Below the pieces are notes generated by a model, which did no database searches, was not told the DNA's origin, and saw nothing but the letters and a program-made list of their open reading frames with translations. A program made the position numbers and the translations under genes. From Octopus sinensis (Eukaryota): a stretch of DNA of 64,000 bases. This document shows positions 52,376 through 64,000 of this stretch, piece after piece; positions within the stretch are counted from its first letter, which is position 1; each line of letters begins with the position of its first letter. The stretch is taken from contig NC_043001.1 in assembly GCF_006345805.1 (NCBI RefSeq), positions 127,224,001 to 127,288,000 of the forward strand, read 5' to 3'.

Positions 52376-55300
52376 TATACATTCAACACATTAGATTATT
52401 GGAAAAGAAAATAATCATAACATCGGGCTACAAGTAGACTTAGATGCCAAGGACCCTCCTATTGGGTTACAGCAAGTAATATTAGATGCCAAGAACTCTC
52501 CTAAGTATTTTAGCTGTCCCTAATAACACTGTTTTCTGCAGTTGTACTAAACTGGGTTTTATGCCTATTTCCTCTATCCATCTGTTCAGATCTTTAGGGA
52601 TAGTTCCCAATGCACCTGTAACTATTGGGATACATTTTTACCTGCACTTTCCATAGTCTCTGTAATTCAATAGCTAAGTCCTGGTACTTTAATATTTTTT
52701 CTATGCTTATATTAATTTTTTCATCATTTGGGATTATAAAGTCAATTATCTGGCACTTTCTATTCTCTTTATCTACTACTACCAAATCAGGCCATTTAGC
52801 TTCTATTACTCTGTCAGTCTGAATGTTAATGTTACTTTCTAGTACTTTACTAGGTTCATGTTTATATCATTTATCAGTATGTTCAAACCCTAGCTTTTTA
52901 CATAGTTCCCAGTGGATTGCTCTCCCTGGATTGTCATGTTTTTCGTGTATTCTTTCTGTGCCAGCATGGTACATTCACTTACTATATGACTAATGCTCTT
53001 CTCTTTTGATTTGCATAATCTACACTGGGAATCTGCTTGGTTTTTGTCTATCTTGGCTTTTATTCAATTAGTGCGTAATGCTTGATCTTGTGCAGCTACT
53101 AACAAACTCTAGCCTTCTTCCTGCAACCTTTCTGTTCTTCTGGTAGTAACTTCTGGTTGTCAAGGTGCTCGAAAATGCTTTCTAAAAGCATTCCTGTTAA
53201 CAGCTTCCATACTAATGGTAAGCAAGTGATTGTTCTGTAGTTGCTAGCTGTGTTACCCTTGCTCTTATCTTTCATAATATGTATTGTCCTCCCTCTAGTC
53301 ATCCAATATGGTATTATTCCTCCATGAAGGCAACCCTGAAGTTGTTCCCTCAGCCTCTCATGTAAACTATTAAATTTCTTTAGCCAGTACCCTTGAACTA
53401 AATCTGGTCCTAGGCCCTTCCAACTCGGAATTTTTCCTAACACTTTACTCTTTAATGCACTAGTTAGTCTGAGATCTGGCTGCTTCACACTCACTATTCT
53501 TCCTCCACTTTCTTTAACCATACTGCATCTCCATTATGATTGACTGCTTTATTCCAAATATTACTCCAGAATTTTCTAGCTTCCTCTGCATTAGGTTTCG
53601 CATTTTCAGTACTTCGTTCTCTACTATTTATTTGGTTATAAAATCTCCTCTGGTCTGTCTCAAATAATCTATTCCGTTGATACTGAGCTATTCTCTTCTG
53701 ATATCTGGAGAGCTTGTCTGCTACTGCTATGATACGATGTTTCAGCTTTTCTATTATTATCCCAAATGCTTTCTGTTTGACTAAGTGTCTTCCTCGTGAC
53801 AAGATTTGCATCTTGTGTTTCCTAACTTGTTTGTTTTACAGGTTTCTGTTCTACTCAGATCTTGTCTTAAAGTCTCCACTTTATTTTGTAGACTCCATTT
53901 CCACATTTGCTCGTTTTTAATCTTTCCCTGTGAGATATCTAATCCTCTGGTGACTACTACTCCTTCTACATAGATCAGTAAGTTAGTGTCTTCTATATGT
54001 TTAGTATCGATCCTACTGATAACAGAATCTACTTTCCTAGTCATTTCTTGTAGCTTCCTTCTGTTGATGTCTTTTAATGCTGGCAATCTTTTTCCTACTT
54101 CTTTACTCATTACTTCCTGCAACTCACCTAAAATCTTCTGATCTTCCTCACTTAAATCATTTAAGTCATTGGTGCCAGTTGTCCCTTCCTTATTGGTAGC
54201 GCTATTATTATTTTTTCCTTTAGATTCTTCTTTGGTTAAAGCTGTATCTCTTAAGTTGTTGTTTGTCTTTCCCACTGCCTGGTCTGTCTTTTCCAGTTCT
54301 CTTGTGATCTCTTCTACCTCCATTTCTGTCATCCACTTTCTTATTCTAATAGCATTAGCTTAATCAACTAATCTCTGCTCTGTCACTTTAAACCCAAAGT
54401 GTTAACATCCGTTTTCTATAGCCGCTTCTTTTGGGTTCACTATCCTGTTTTCTTCGCTGGTCCACATTCTCCTCTTTGCTCTATTATCTGCTGATGCTGT
54501 ATTAAGATGACAACTGCGGTCAGTCTGCATCTTTACTGATCCCCTGCCGAGCGAGAGGCCTTTCCTTAAATGTCCAGCTTCATTTTCGCTGTTACAACCA
54601 GAGTTTTTGGAAACTCCTGTATATCATAAACGTCATCACTATTATGTTTCGACGTCTGAAAGTTTCAAGCAACTTTCTATTACATTATCTGTTGTACCTT
54701 TGTGCTGTATTATCTTTTGGTGGAGGCGCAATGGCCCAGTGGTTAGGGCAGCGGACTCGCGGTCATAGGATCACGGTTTCGATTCCCAGACCGGGCGTTG
54801 TGAGTGTTTATTGAGCGAAAACACCTAAAAGCTCCACGAGGCTCCGGCAGGGGATGGTGGTGATCCCTGCTGTACTCTTTCACCACAACTTTCTCTCACT
54901 CTTACTTCCTGTTTCTGTTGTACCTGTATTTCAAGGGGCCGGCCTTGTCACTCTCTGTGTCACGCTGAATATCCCCGAGAATTACGTTAAGGGTACACGT
55001 GTCTGTGGAGTGCTCAGCCACTTACACGTTAATTCTACGAGCAGGCTGTTCCGTTGATTCGGATCAACCGGAACCCTCGTCGACGTAACCGACGGAGTGC
55101 TTCCATCCATCCATTATCTTTTACTTTTTTTTTGGTGAGGGTGAATATTGTATTGTATTGTATCAGTACGTTTTTGTTGTGGGGTTTTGTTTGAGTCTTT
55201 CGTTATATTAGTTTTATATTGTGTGTTTTTTGTGTAGCGCAGGTTGTATTCTTCTGTCGGGTATCGGCCTTCTGCGGCACATGTTGTGGGTTTTATTCAT

Positions 55301-55452
55301 TTTGTTGGGTAGCTACAGTATGAGTTTTTTCTTTTATGTTTTTTGGCAGGTGTTGCATAGTAGTGTGTGTGTGTGTATGTGTGTGTAACTCCTAAATCAA
55401 TTATTTTATAGTATTTATGATTATCCGTCCGCCGTTCTTTTGCTGGGTTCTG
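52372..55452 (-). mobile_element. R4/Dong-like element with both ends in (AAT)n and a large internal deletion
   Basis: N-terminal ORFs 53781-54332 and 53494-53811, RT start 53099-53521, then a jump to AAQDQAL/CCHC/RLE (52594-52785). The 5' UTR assignment (55120-55452) is less certain. Confidence 0.8.
54722..55112 (+). mobile_element. SINE head 1 + tail X
   Basis: Full length, with probable TSD ATTATCTTTT. Confidence 0.92.
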
Positions 55453-55474
55453 TTATGGGTTCCATTAATTATTA

Positions 55475-55588
<114 letters not shown>

Positions 55589-55589
55589 T

Positions 55590-57310
55590 TTTATGTTTGA
55601 CTTTTGCTCTGCATTTGTACAAGTTGGCTCCAAGTCTCACCCAGAGACCTCAAGAGACAACAAGTTAGAAGTTCATGTTGGTGTTAAGTCTAGGGTGTCA
55701 TATATTTGGTTTTGTACATAGTGTTGTTCTAGATGATGTTTAAGAAACCATAAGAAAATTATGTTTGTTTTAAAATTTGAGATTACATAGAAAGTATTTT
55801 GTATAGGATATGGGCAGTTCCCAGGAGCACTATCTTTTGAATGTCTGCCATTTTGGAGTTTTCTGGTATATGAGCTAGGTAGCAATCAGCCCCTTTTGCT
55901 ATCATTCCCAGGGCACCTATGACAACAGGTATTGTCTTCAGGTTCCACATTTTGCTCATTTCTATTTCAAGATCTTGCTCAGTTTTTGGTAGGTCTTGAC
56001 AGATACGTTTATATCGATTGGGACAGTCATATCAATGAGGAGGTATGATTTTTGTCTGAAGTCTTTCAATATGATGTCTGGCCTATTTTCATCTATCTTT
56101 CTGTCAGTTTGAATGGTGAAGTTCCAGAGGAGTGAGGTGTGATCATTTTCAGGTGCTGGAGGTGGGTTGTGTTCCCACTAGTTTTTATCATGGGGCAAGT
56201 CCAGGTTTTTGCAAATTACCCAGTGAATATATAGTGTAGCTCTATCATGCCTGTTGAGATACTCTGTAGGCGCAAGAAGACTGCACTTGGAGACAACATG
56301 ATCAATAGTTTCATTTTCTTGTTGACATACACGACATGTTGGGCTACTGCCGTTCTTTAATATGTTGGCCTGGTAATTCGTTGTAGGCAGGCATTGATCT
56401 TGAGCTGCTATGATAAACCCCTCTGTTTCAGATTTTAAGCCAGAGGCCATTAGCCATTGATGGATAAGGGCTTTGTCAACATCAGCATTATTCGTTCTCT
56501 TTGGGTATTTGCCATTGAGAGGTTTTTCTTGCCATTTATCAGCCAGAATATCTCAGGCAGCAGTTTTGGCACGGGTTTTCATGCGCTTAGCTTTTTCTGT
56601 GCTTGTTTCTAGTATGTCTCCTTCCGGAATTTGTTGTATTTGGAATTCACTTAGATATTCCTTTCCCTGTTATGTTACTGAGTATGATACGTTCTTGTTT
56701 TCATGTTTTGAGACAGGTTTTAACATCCAGTTCTCAGAGGTTTTCACGTAGGTGTCTAGGCCAATTGTGGCAACCTTCATTGTTAATGCCTCCCTCTTTT
56801 CTTGGCAGATAAAGTCGTTCTTTTTCTGCCTTAGGGTGGTGCACTCTATGCATTGCCAACAGTTTTCGAATTTTTCTGTCATATTTCAGTAATTGACCAG
56901 TTAATGATATTGTTAAAGGTGGTTTTTGCACATTTATCGAGGCCAAATTGCATCTTGATGTCATCACTGAATTGTTTAACAATCGCTAGTAAGCCCTTGA
57001 GTTGTTGGTCAATTTTTGCAAAGAGCTTTAAATCATTCATGTAAATGAGATGATTTATATTTTTATCAAACATTTTATAACTGTAATGTGCACCATTGAG
57101 CAATTTTGAGAGAGGTATTAAGGCTAAACAAAAGAGGAGTGGTGATAGTGAGTCACCCTGGAAAATGCCACATGAAATTCTTACATCTCCAGCATTTAGA
57201 GATTCATTGTCACCGTTCAAAGTCAGTGTGGTTCTCCATGATCTCATACTTACAGACAAGAAGTTTCACAGAGTAGGTGCTATTTTATACATTTCCAGAC
57301 ATTTCTTGAT
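55590..57310 (-). mobile_element. R4/Dong-like element, 5'-truncated and decayed
   Basis: GIFQGDSLSPLLF, YMNDLKLF, CRVC...DHVVSKC, RHD and RPDI motifs. The tail is (ACT)n then (AAT)n. Confidence 0.88.
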
Positions 57311-57320
57311 CCAGAAGATA

Positions 57321-57454
57321 AAGAAGAAAGAAGAAGAAGAAGAAGAAGAAGAAGAAAAGAAGAAAAGAAGAAGAAGAAGAAGAAGAAGAATAAGAAGAAG
57401 AAGAAGAAGAGAAAGAAGAAGAAGAAGAAGAAAGAAGAAGAAGAAGAAGAAGAA

Positions 57455-57485
<31 letters not shown>

Positions 57486-57615
57486 AAGAAGAAGAAGAAG
57501 AAGAAGAAAAGAAGAATAAGAAGAGAAGAAGAAGAGAAGAAGAAGAAGAAGAAGAAAGAAGAAGAAGAAGAAGAAGAAGAAGAAAAGAAGAAGAAGAAAG
57601 AAGAAGAAGAAGAAG

Positions 57616-57645
<30 letters not shown>
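57321..57645. repeat. (GAA)n purine tract, ~325 bp
   Basis: Direct reading. Confidence 0.97.
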
Positions 57646-57646
<1 letters not shown>

Positions 57647-58774
57647 CTGTTATGATAGTTTCCTGTATGTATTTTTATATTTTCTGCAACGATGAAAGCG
57701 ATTGCAACTGTGACTCAGTAGTGTAAAAAGAACCAAAAAAAAGGCAATAATCATTCTTTAAAAAACCACACATACATAGGTTTATTGTTGCATCTTTTTA
57801 TTAATATTTTCTAGTACATTGCATAACTTAATAATATAAATAAACAGAATTTTAGAAGAAATTTTCAACAACTAAGCGCGTGCAGTGAAAGGACTTTCGA
57901 AACCGATTGAAAATGAAATGTATTAATAAATAAAATTTATAACACCAATAATTTCTAGCTTAACCACAAGAGGATAAATTTATAGAGGGGAAAACAAAAG
58001 TTGTGATCTCCATGCTTTTCTTAAATCATTGAAGATGTTTATGGTGTTTATTCTTATTGAAATAACTTGCTGAGACTGAAAAATAAAAAGATGTAATATT
58101 ATTAGAATTAATATGTTGGAAGAATTAGCAGAGTGAAACATGAAAATTATTTGCTTTATTTAGCAATGTCCTTTTCTTTTTTTTTTTAAATATTTTTTTA
58201 ATATTTTGAATCAGATCTTTATAGATAAAACTAAAATCCTGCTGTATTAAATAAAATAATTACCAGTTGATACTGGCTCCTATTCAATCGTCCACACACT
58301 TCTAAAATCATTGAACTTATATCAATATAAGAAATCTCTATTATAGATTTCGAACAAAGTCTCAAATTTGAGGAAGATCACAGCCGATTATATTTCACTG
58401 ATGATTTATTGTATTGACCTCGAAAGAATGAAAGATAAAATTCACTTCGATGGAATTTGAACTTAGAACGTAATGGAGTAAAATAAAATAATACAAGCCA
58501 TGGTGTTCTAAATGTCTAATGGACATTTAAAGCGTAGAATTGACAGACTCAGAGGTATTAAACTATTAAACTCAACTCAGCGTACTGTAGACAGACTTGT
58601 TAAAATGTCGGACAAAATATTAAAAATTTCTGGCATTTAGTTCCGTCCCTTAACGCACTAAGTTCAAATCTTAATAGAATCCACTGTTTTCATCCCTGTA
58701 GCGTCTATAAATTAAGTACCAGTAATATACTAAAGTTCATTCAGTTAACCATATCATATTTCTATCCTTAAATA

Positions 58775-59120
58775 GGTGCAGGAGTGGCTGTGTGGTAAGT
58801 AGCTTGCTAACCAGCCACATGGTCCCGGGTTCAGTCCCGACCAATGCCTTGTGAGTGGATTTGGTAGACGGAAACTGAAAGAAGCCTGTCGTATATATGT
58901 ATATATATGTATATATATATATGTGTGTGTGTGTTTGTCCCCCTAGCATTGCTTGACGACCGATGCTGGTGTGTTTATGTCCCCGTCATTTAGCGGTTCG
59001 GCAAAAGAGACCGATAGAATAAGTACTGGGCTTACAAAAAACCCGGGGTCGATTTGCTCGATTACAGGCGGTGCTCCAGCATGGCCACAGTCAAATGACT
59101 GAAACAAGTAAAAGAGAGTA
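58775..59120 (+). mobile_element. SINE family C
   Basis: Full-length match with a short internal deletion. Confidence 0.88.
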
Positions 59121-59477
59121 AATCCTTAAAAATGTTTTAGCCCGAAGGCCGCGGCCATGCTGGAGCACCACCGCTGATTTATTAAAAAGTAAAAGACTGA
59201 GCACGCGTAATGTTGAAAACAACATCGAAAGTAAATTTACACGCTCTGTTTTCTTCAGTAATTTGAGTTGTTTACACTTCAGCCATGAAAAATACGACCG
59301 ACATAAAGCAAATTCGATATATTGTCTTTACACATTAAGTTCCATTACCATTAACAATAAAATATAGCACATAACAATAGGTATTCTTTATATCTAACTA
59401 AACGTGGGTATTTTGTTAGGACGCTCATACGAGCACAGACATATATTGTAAAAGACGAGAATCGTCTGTTATAGGAA

Positions 59478-59523
59478 CTGTCATATCACGTGATTTCAGT
59501 CTACAGGACTTCTTCAGCAGCAG
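59478..59523 (-). ncRNA. Minimal type I hammerhead motif with palindromic stem III
   Basis: CTGCTG-CTGAAGA-AGTC(CTGTA)GACT-GAAA-TCACGTGA-TA-TGACAG. Stem I is weak (2 G-U pairs and 1 mismatch). Confidence 0.55.
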
Positions 59524-59737
59524 GCATCCGGTGACTGTATAGCAGCTAAATCTTGCTTTCCCTTATACTACTGTTTCCAATTATAGCAGCCACAAAACGT
59601 CAAATTAACTGCACAATTCGAGGTTATACAGTGCCACTGTACCAAGAACATTATCTCGGTGCAACAGATGAACTACTGAGAGAGGCAGGAAAGAGCTGAG
59701 GATCTACCCCTGAAAGAAGACACACGAAAGATATAAG

Positions 59738-59798
<61 letters not shown>

Positions 59799-59945
59799 AT
59801 ATATATGTATATAATGTATATATAGAAGGTATACAATCATATATATATATATATATTATATATAATATATATATGTAGGATAAAATTTTTCGAAAAAAAT
59901 TCTATCAATGCCAGCATATTAAAAAATACTTTTAAAGGTTAAATT

Positions 59946-60056
59946 TATAAACAATTTATAAGTAAGGGCAAAAGAAAAGATTTTCTAATGCCAAAATATG
60001 GCATATTTTGGCATTAGAATTTTTTTTCTTTTGCCCTTACTTATAAATTGTTTATA
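59946..60056. repeat. 55-bp-arm inverted repeat with a 1-nt spacer
   Basis: 52/55 identity between arms. The left arm belongs to a repeat also present inverted at 1555-1720. Confidence 0.85.
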
Positions 60057-60711
60057 TATATATATATATTAATCAGCCGAAATTGCGAAGATGATCCGGT
60101 TCTTGACTGATGATTGAGGGCTTCGAATGTCCCGTCCGTGTTTTTTTGTGTCGTCTTCTAAATGTTTCACGTTCTTGTCCCAGTTTGTATATTTTTTTTA
60201 CTTTTACATATATATATATATATGAAAGATCCTGCAGGGTCTAGCACATAACTTTGGGACTGAAAGCTATACCAGCCACCGAACTGGACACCGCTGCATA
60301 GATGACAAATATCTTGCCATTTCCATCTGGAGTAAGAAAACGGGCGTTCAGAAAACTTTTAAACTGACATACCGATGCATCCACAACACGGCAAGAAGCG
60401 AAAAGAAGGGCAGCTCTATCAGTTCACTAATTTACCAGAACCGATTCCGGAAACAGAACCGAGAAGTGAGTCTAAAATGAACATGCATTGACGCTCATGG
60501 CGGTGTCCCAGCGTGGGCACAGTCTCTAGCTAAAGCTGATACTAGGATGATAGAATGCATGAGGCGTTCCATATTCGTGCATCTAAATGTATATAATAAC
60601 AGATAAGTAGAAATGGAGAACTATTTTTTTTAAAGCAATGAAATAAAAGAAAAGAGAAGGTGGGAGAGAGAAAGACTAAATGAATGGCTTACTATTTCAG
60701 TGGAGTTATTG

Positions 60712-60814
60712 TTATTGTTCACTATCGAGTTCTTTCTTAATGAATTGAAGCATTTTTTGCGACACCCTGGCACGTGACTGTTCTTCCGCTGTTAAGCCCC
60801 CACTCTCTAAGTTC
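60712..60814 (-). CDS. Candidate terminal coding exon of an unidentified gene
   Basis: Strong acceptor (ttttttttttcttttctgtttctgattttag). The phase-2 frame reads NLESGGLTAEEQSRARVSQKMLQFIKKELDSEQ*. No homology recognised. Confidence 0.25.
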
Positions 60815-61064
60815 CTAAAATCAGAAACAGAAAAGAAAAAAAAAAATAGGAGAAAAATATTATCCTGTTCGTAATTGAATATTGACAATTTTAAATCTAT
60901 TCTTAAAACATTAAAAAAAAAATCAAAACGTTCGAAGAATAAAAATTATAAAGGTAAATTGTCATAAAATTATATTTTTACAAATTTATATATATATAAT
61001 ATATTAGAAAAATATAACCGGGAGAAAAGACAATTGCGCGAATAAGATAAAGGAGGAATATCTC

Positions 61065-61467
61065 TCTCTTTACTCTTTTACTTGTTTCAGTCATTTGACT
61101 GCGGCCATGCTGGAGCACCGCCTTTAATCGAGCAACTCGACCCCGGGACTTATTCTTTTGTAAGCCCAGTACTTATTCTATCGGTCTCTTTTGCCGAACC
61201 GCTAAGTGACGGGGACATAAACACACCAGCATCGGTTGTCAAGCAATGCTAGGGGAACAAACACAGACACACAAACACACACACGCATATATATATATGC
61301 ATATATACGACGGGCTTCTTTCAGTTTCCGTCTACTAAATCCACTCACAAGGCTTTGGTCGGCCCGAGGCTATAGTAGAAGACAATTGCCGAAGGTGCCA
61401 CGCAGTGGGACTGAACCCGGAACCATGTGGTTGGTAAACAAGCTATTTACCACACAGCCACTCCTGC
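61065..61467 (-). mobile_element. SINE family C
   Basis: Full-length match. Confidence 0.9.
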
Positions 61468-61706
61468 TAAGATTTTTTTAACAAAAACGATGGTTAGGGC
61501 TCTTGTAATATAGAAGTAAACAAGACGGTTTATATTTGCTAAAAGAAAGAATTCTAGATTCTTTCGATTGACTTTTAAACTATGGAATAAAATAGCATAT
61601 TTTGAACACCTGGGACCCTGGCAGCAATTATTGTAAGAGAGATAATCAAGTCTAGCTAAATCCTAAATTAAACCGGGGTGAGGAGTTAGAATTTAAATTA
61701 AAAAGT

Positions 61707-62090
61707 GGATGGAAGCACTCCGTCGGTTACGACGATGAGGGTTCCGGTTGATCCGATCAACGGAACAGCCTGCTCGTGAAATTAACGTGTAAGTGGCTGA
61801 GCACTCCACAGACACGTGCACCCTTAACGTAGTTCTTGGGGATATTCACGTGAACACAGAGAGTGACAAGGCCGGCCCTTTGAAATACAGGTACAACAGA
61901 AACAGGAGTAAGAGTGAGAGAAAGTTTGTGGTGAAAGAGTACAGCAGGATCACCACCATCCCCTGCCGGAGCCTCGTGGAGCTTAAGGCGTTTTCGCTCA
62001 ATAAACACTCACAACGCCCGGTCTGGGAATCGAAACCGCGATCCTATGACCGCGAGTCCGCTGCCCTAACCACTGGGCCATTGCGCCTCC
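61707..62090 (-). mobile_element. SINE head 1 + tail X
   Basis: 12-bp TSD AAATTAAAAAGT (61695-61706 and 62091-62102). Confidence 0.93.
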
Positions 62091-62579
62091 AAATTAAAAA
62101 GTAACTGTTACGATACACAGAATATGCATATTTAATTTTGTTTTCTTTGTTTTGTTTTGTTTTCTTACTCATTACAAAGATCCTAATTTTCTCTAAAATT
62201 CAACGGATACAGAAATTAGTACTTCGATTAATGGTTTTTTACATTGTCTATAATTTACACTGAATATCGAAATGATAATTATTGGTTTTTTAAGACACTA
62301 ATAGAGCTAAAAAGTTCAGTGTATGACTTGCTGAACTGCTGAAAGTACACACACGTTGATTGTACCTTCATTACAACGTGCTTACCATTTGTCATATATA
62401 GTTCATAACAATCAGTTAACTGGCAGAACTTTTGAGCAGCGAATGAAACATTTACCGTCTTATAAACATGGATTTCAATAATTATACATTTAGACTGTGC
62501 GTGGGATTTGGACTGGTAGAAGTTATGAATAGTATGTGTATTATATACACACACATAAATATATAGATATATAATGTGT

Positions 62580-64000
62580 AGTGACGGTAGTGTGTCACAT
62601 CCACAGCTAGCCTTTTCCAGTTCTGCTCCACGGAAAGGCCTCCCTGTTCATGCCCACACGGAACAGGGTCGATGGACTGACACCTGTCGCAGCTCCCGAC
62701 CACCTTCCGGATGCTTCTCCTAGTGACATCAGCATCAATTTTCTTCGCCAGATGCAGGGTCCTGTCCACACCCAGGTGATGCATAGCATGCAGTTTCTTC
62801 AGTTCAGAGTCATCCAACCGACACGCCGCAGCTATCCCTTTCCGGGCCTCCTCCGGTTCTTCCAACCACGCTCTTTTCACCCTGGTCAGTACGTCCGCCC
62901 TGTTTTTCTCCGAAGGCACGAAAACCACATTCAGCTTCAGTCCGAACTCGGCGATCAATTCACCTAGAACTCCTAGACGGCGCTTCCCTAACATCTCCGC
63001 AGCACCTTTCGTCCGCACTCTCCTTTCGCCGGTGATCACCGATCCTACTCAGCCAAGCACAGTGGCCGAATCCGTCCGGATTTCAATTGTGCGCAGCCCC
63101 CATTTCAAGGCCAAGTTCACCCCTTTCAGCACCGCGTCTAATTCGGCGACATTAATGTGGTTAAAATCATCTGCTTTCCGAAGCCAGGCCGCGTCCTCCA
63201 CCGCAGCGCTTTCGATTGCCAACAGAACCCCTATCGCTATACTGCTAGCATCATACCAGACGGTCCCGCACTCCGTCTTGGGCACGTACCAGTTCCCCCT
63301 GACCGGGTCTTCCGCTCTCGTCCTCTCTAGGATTTCCTGCATCATCGCCACCGTCCCTTCTCCCACTTTGTCGCCCCAACTCTCCCCCTCTGCTCGTCTC
63401 TTGGTGTAACTACACGCCGTGCGCAGCCATCCAGCGATCGGGTAGTGACTGACCAACTTCCCACACACCGAGAACAGCTCTCTCCTGCTGACGCCGGAAC
63501 TCAGCTCTGGATTTCATTCCCTCTCCGGAACACCAATTCACCCGATCTATCTTCGCAGCTTCAGCCCCAGGGCGGCTCCCCCTTCCATCGACTCCGGTGG
63601 CTACGCAATCAGTCCGGCCTTCTCCAGATGTCTAACTACCTCGTTGGCTGGCACTACAGTTTCGTCCACCAAAATGTCGTCAATGTAGGAGCTGGTGGCC
63701 TTTCTAATCTTGCCGTCTTTCCCTAGGAAAGCCATGATCTTCGGAGCGGAATTCAGCCCGAAACCCAGCCTGGTTAAACAGTACATCCGGCCCTTGTACC
63801 GCACCAGCTGATATCGCCACAGTTTGTCGCTCAAATGGAGCTGCAAGTATGCCGATTTCAAATCGACGATCGTCGCTGCCTCGGTCGACTGTCTCCACGC
63901 ACGTAACGTCTCGCTACAAACGTCTGTCGCCTCACCTCCCGTGTGACACGATATATGCTGGTTTAGCTCCCTGAAGTCCAGCACCGGTCTGACTTTTCCC
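62580..64000 (-). mobile_element. Ty3/Gypsy-like LTR retrotransposon pol (RT-RNase H-integrase N-terminus), inactivated, continues off the right edge
   Basis: LDFRELN, DLKSAYLQ, YIDD (RT); DAS..AEL..TDS..NRAD (RNase H); HHLG..C..C (integrase zinc finger). ORFs 63601-63984, 63049-63468 and 62482-63039 share one frame broken by stops. No 3' LTR. Confidence 0.88.

Noticed and set aside
60070-60140. Hammerhead around CTGATGA 60107
   Set aside because: No consistent stem II/GAAA arrangement in any permutation.
60238-60465. Plus-strand 76-codon open frame with AG/GTGAGT borders
   Set aside because: There is no polypyrimidine tract and no recognisable domain.

Overview
This is eukaryotic genomic DNA, AT-rich and dense in microsatellites and retroposons. 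The SINE and LINE content resembles an octopod cephalopod; this is an inference, as no database search was run. Host genes, both on the minus strand: (1) the first three coding exons of an LBP/BPI-family innate-immunity gene (19316-19202, 6149-6050, 1281-1150), which splice in frame and continue off the left edge; (2) two consecutive exons of a MyTH4 domain (37029-36802, 36394-36263) with no recognisable neighbouring exons. A 100-N gap lies at 38425-38524, and about 9 kb on its left (25307-34571) is homologous to about 8 kb on its right (38525-46649). Most of the rest is mobile DNA: several R4/Dong-like RLE non-LTR families sitting in (AAT)n tracts, one family flanked by (CATA)n instead, tRNA-derived SINEs with shuffled head/core/tail modules, and fragments of RTE, mariner, Tc1, Helitron, MITE and Ty3/Gypsy-like elements. 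There are also three type I hammerhead ribozyme motifs with intact catalytic cores. Almost all long ORFs in the track are translated microsatellites or decayed TE fragments. I did not find a convincing new multi-gene system. The best leads are the hammerheads, the apparent microsatellite-target partition among RLE retrotransposons, and the orphan MyTH4 exons beside the duplicated block. TE boundaries are approximate unless a TSD is quoted.
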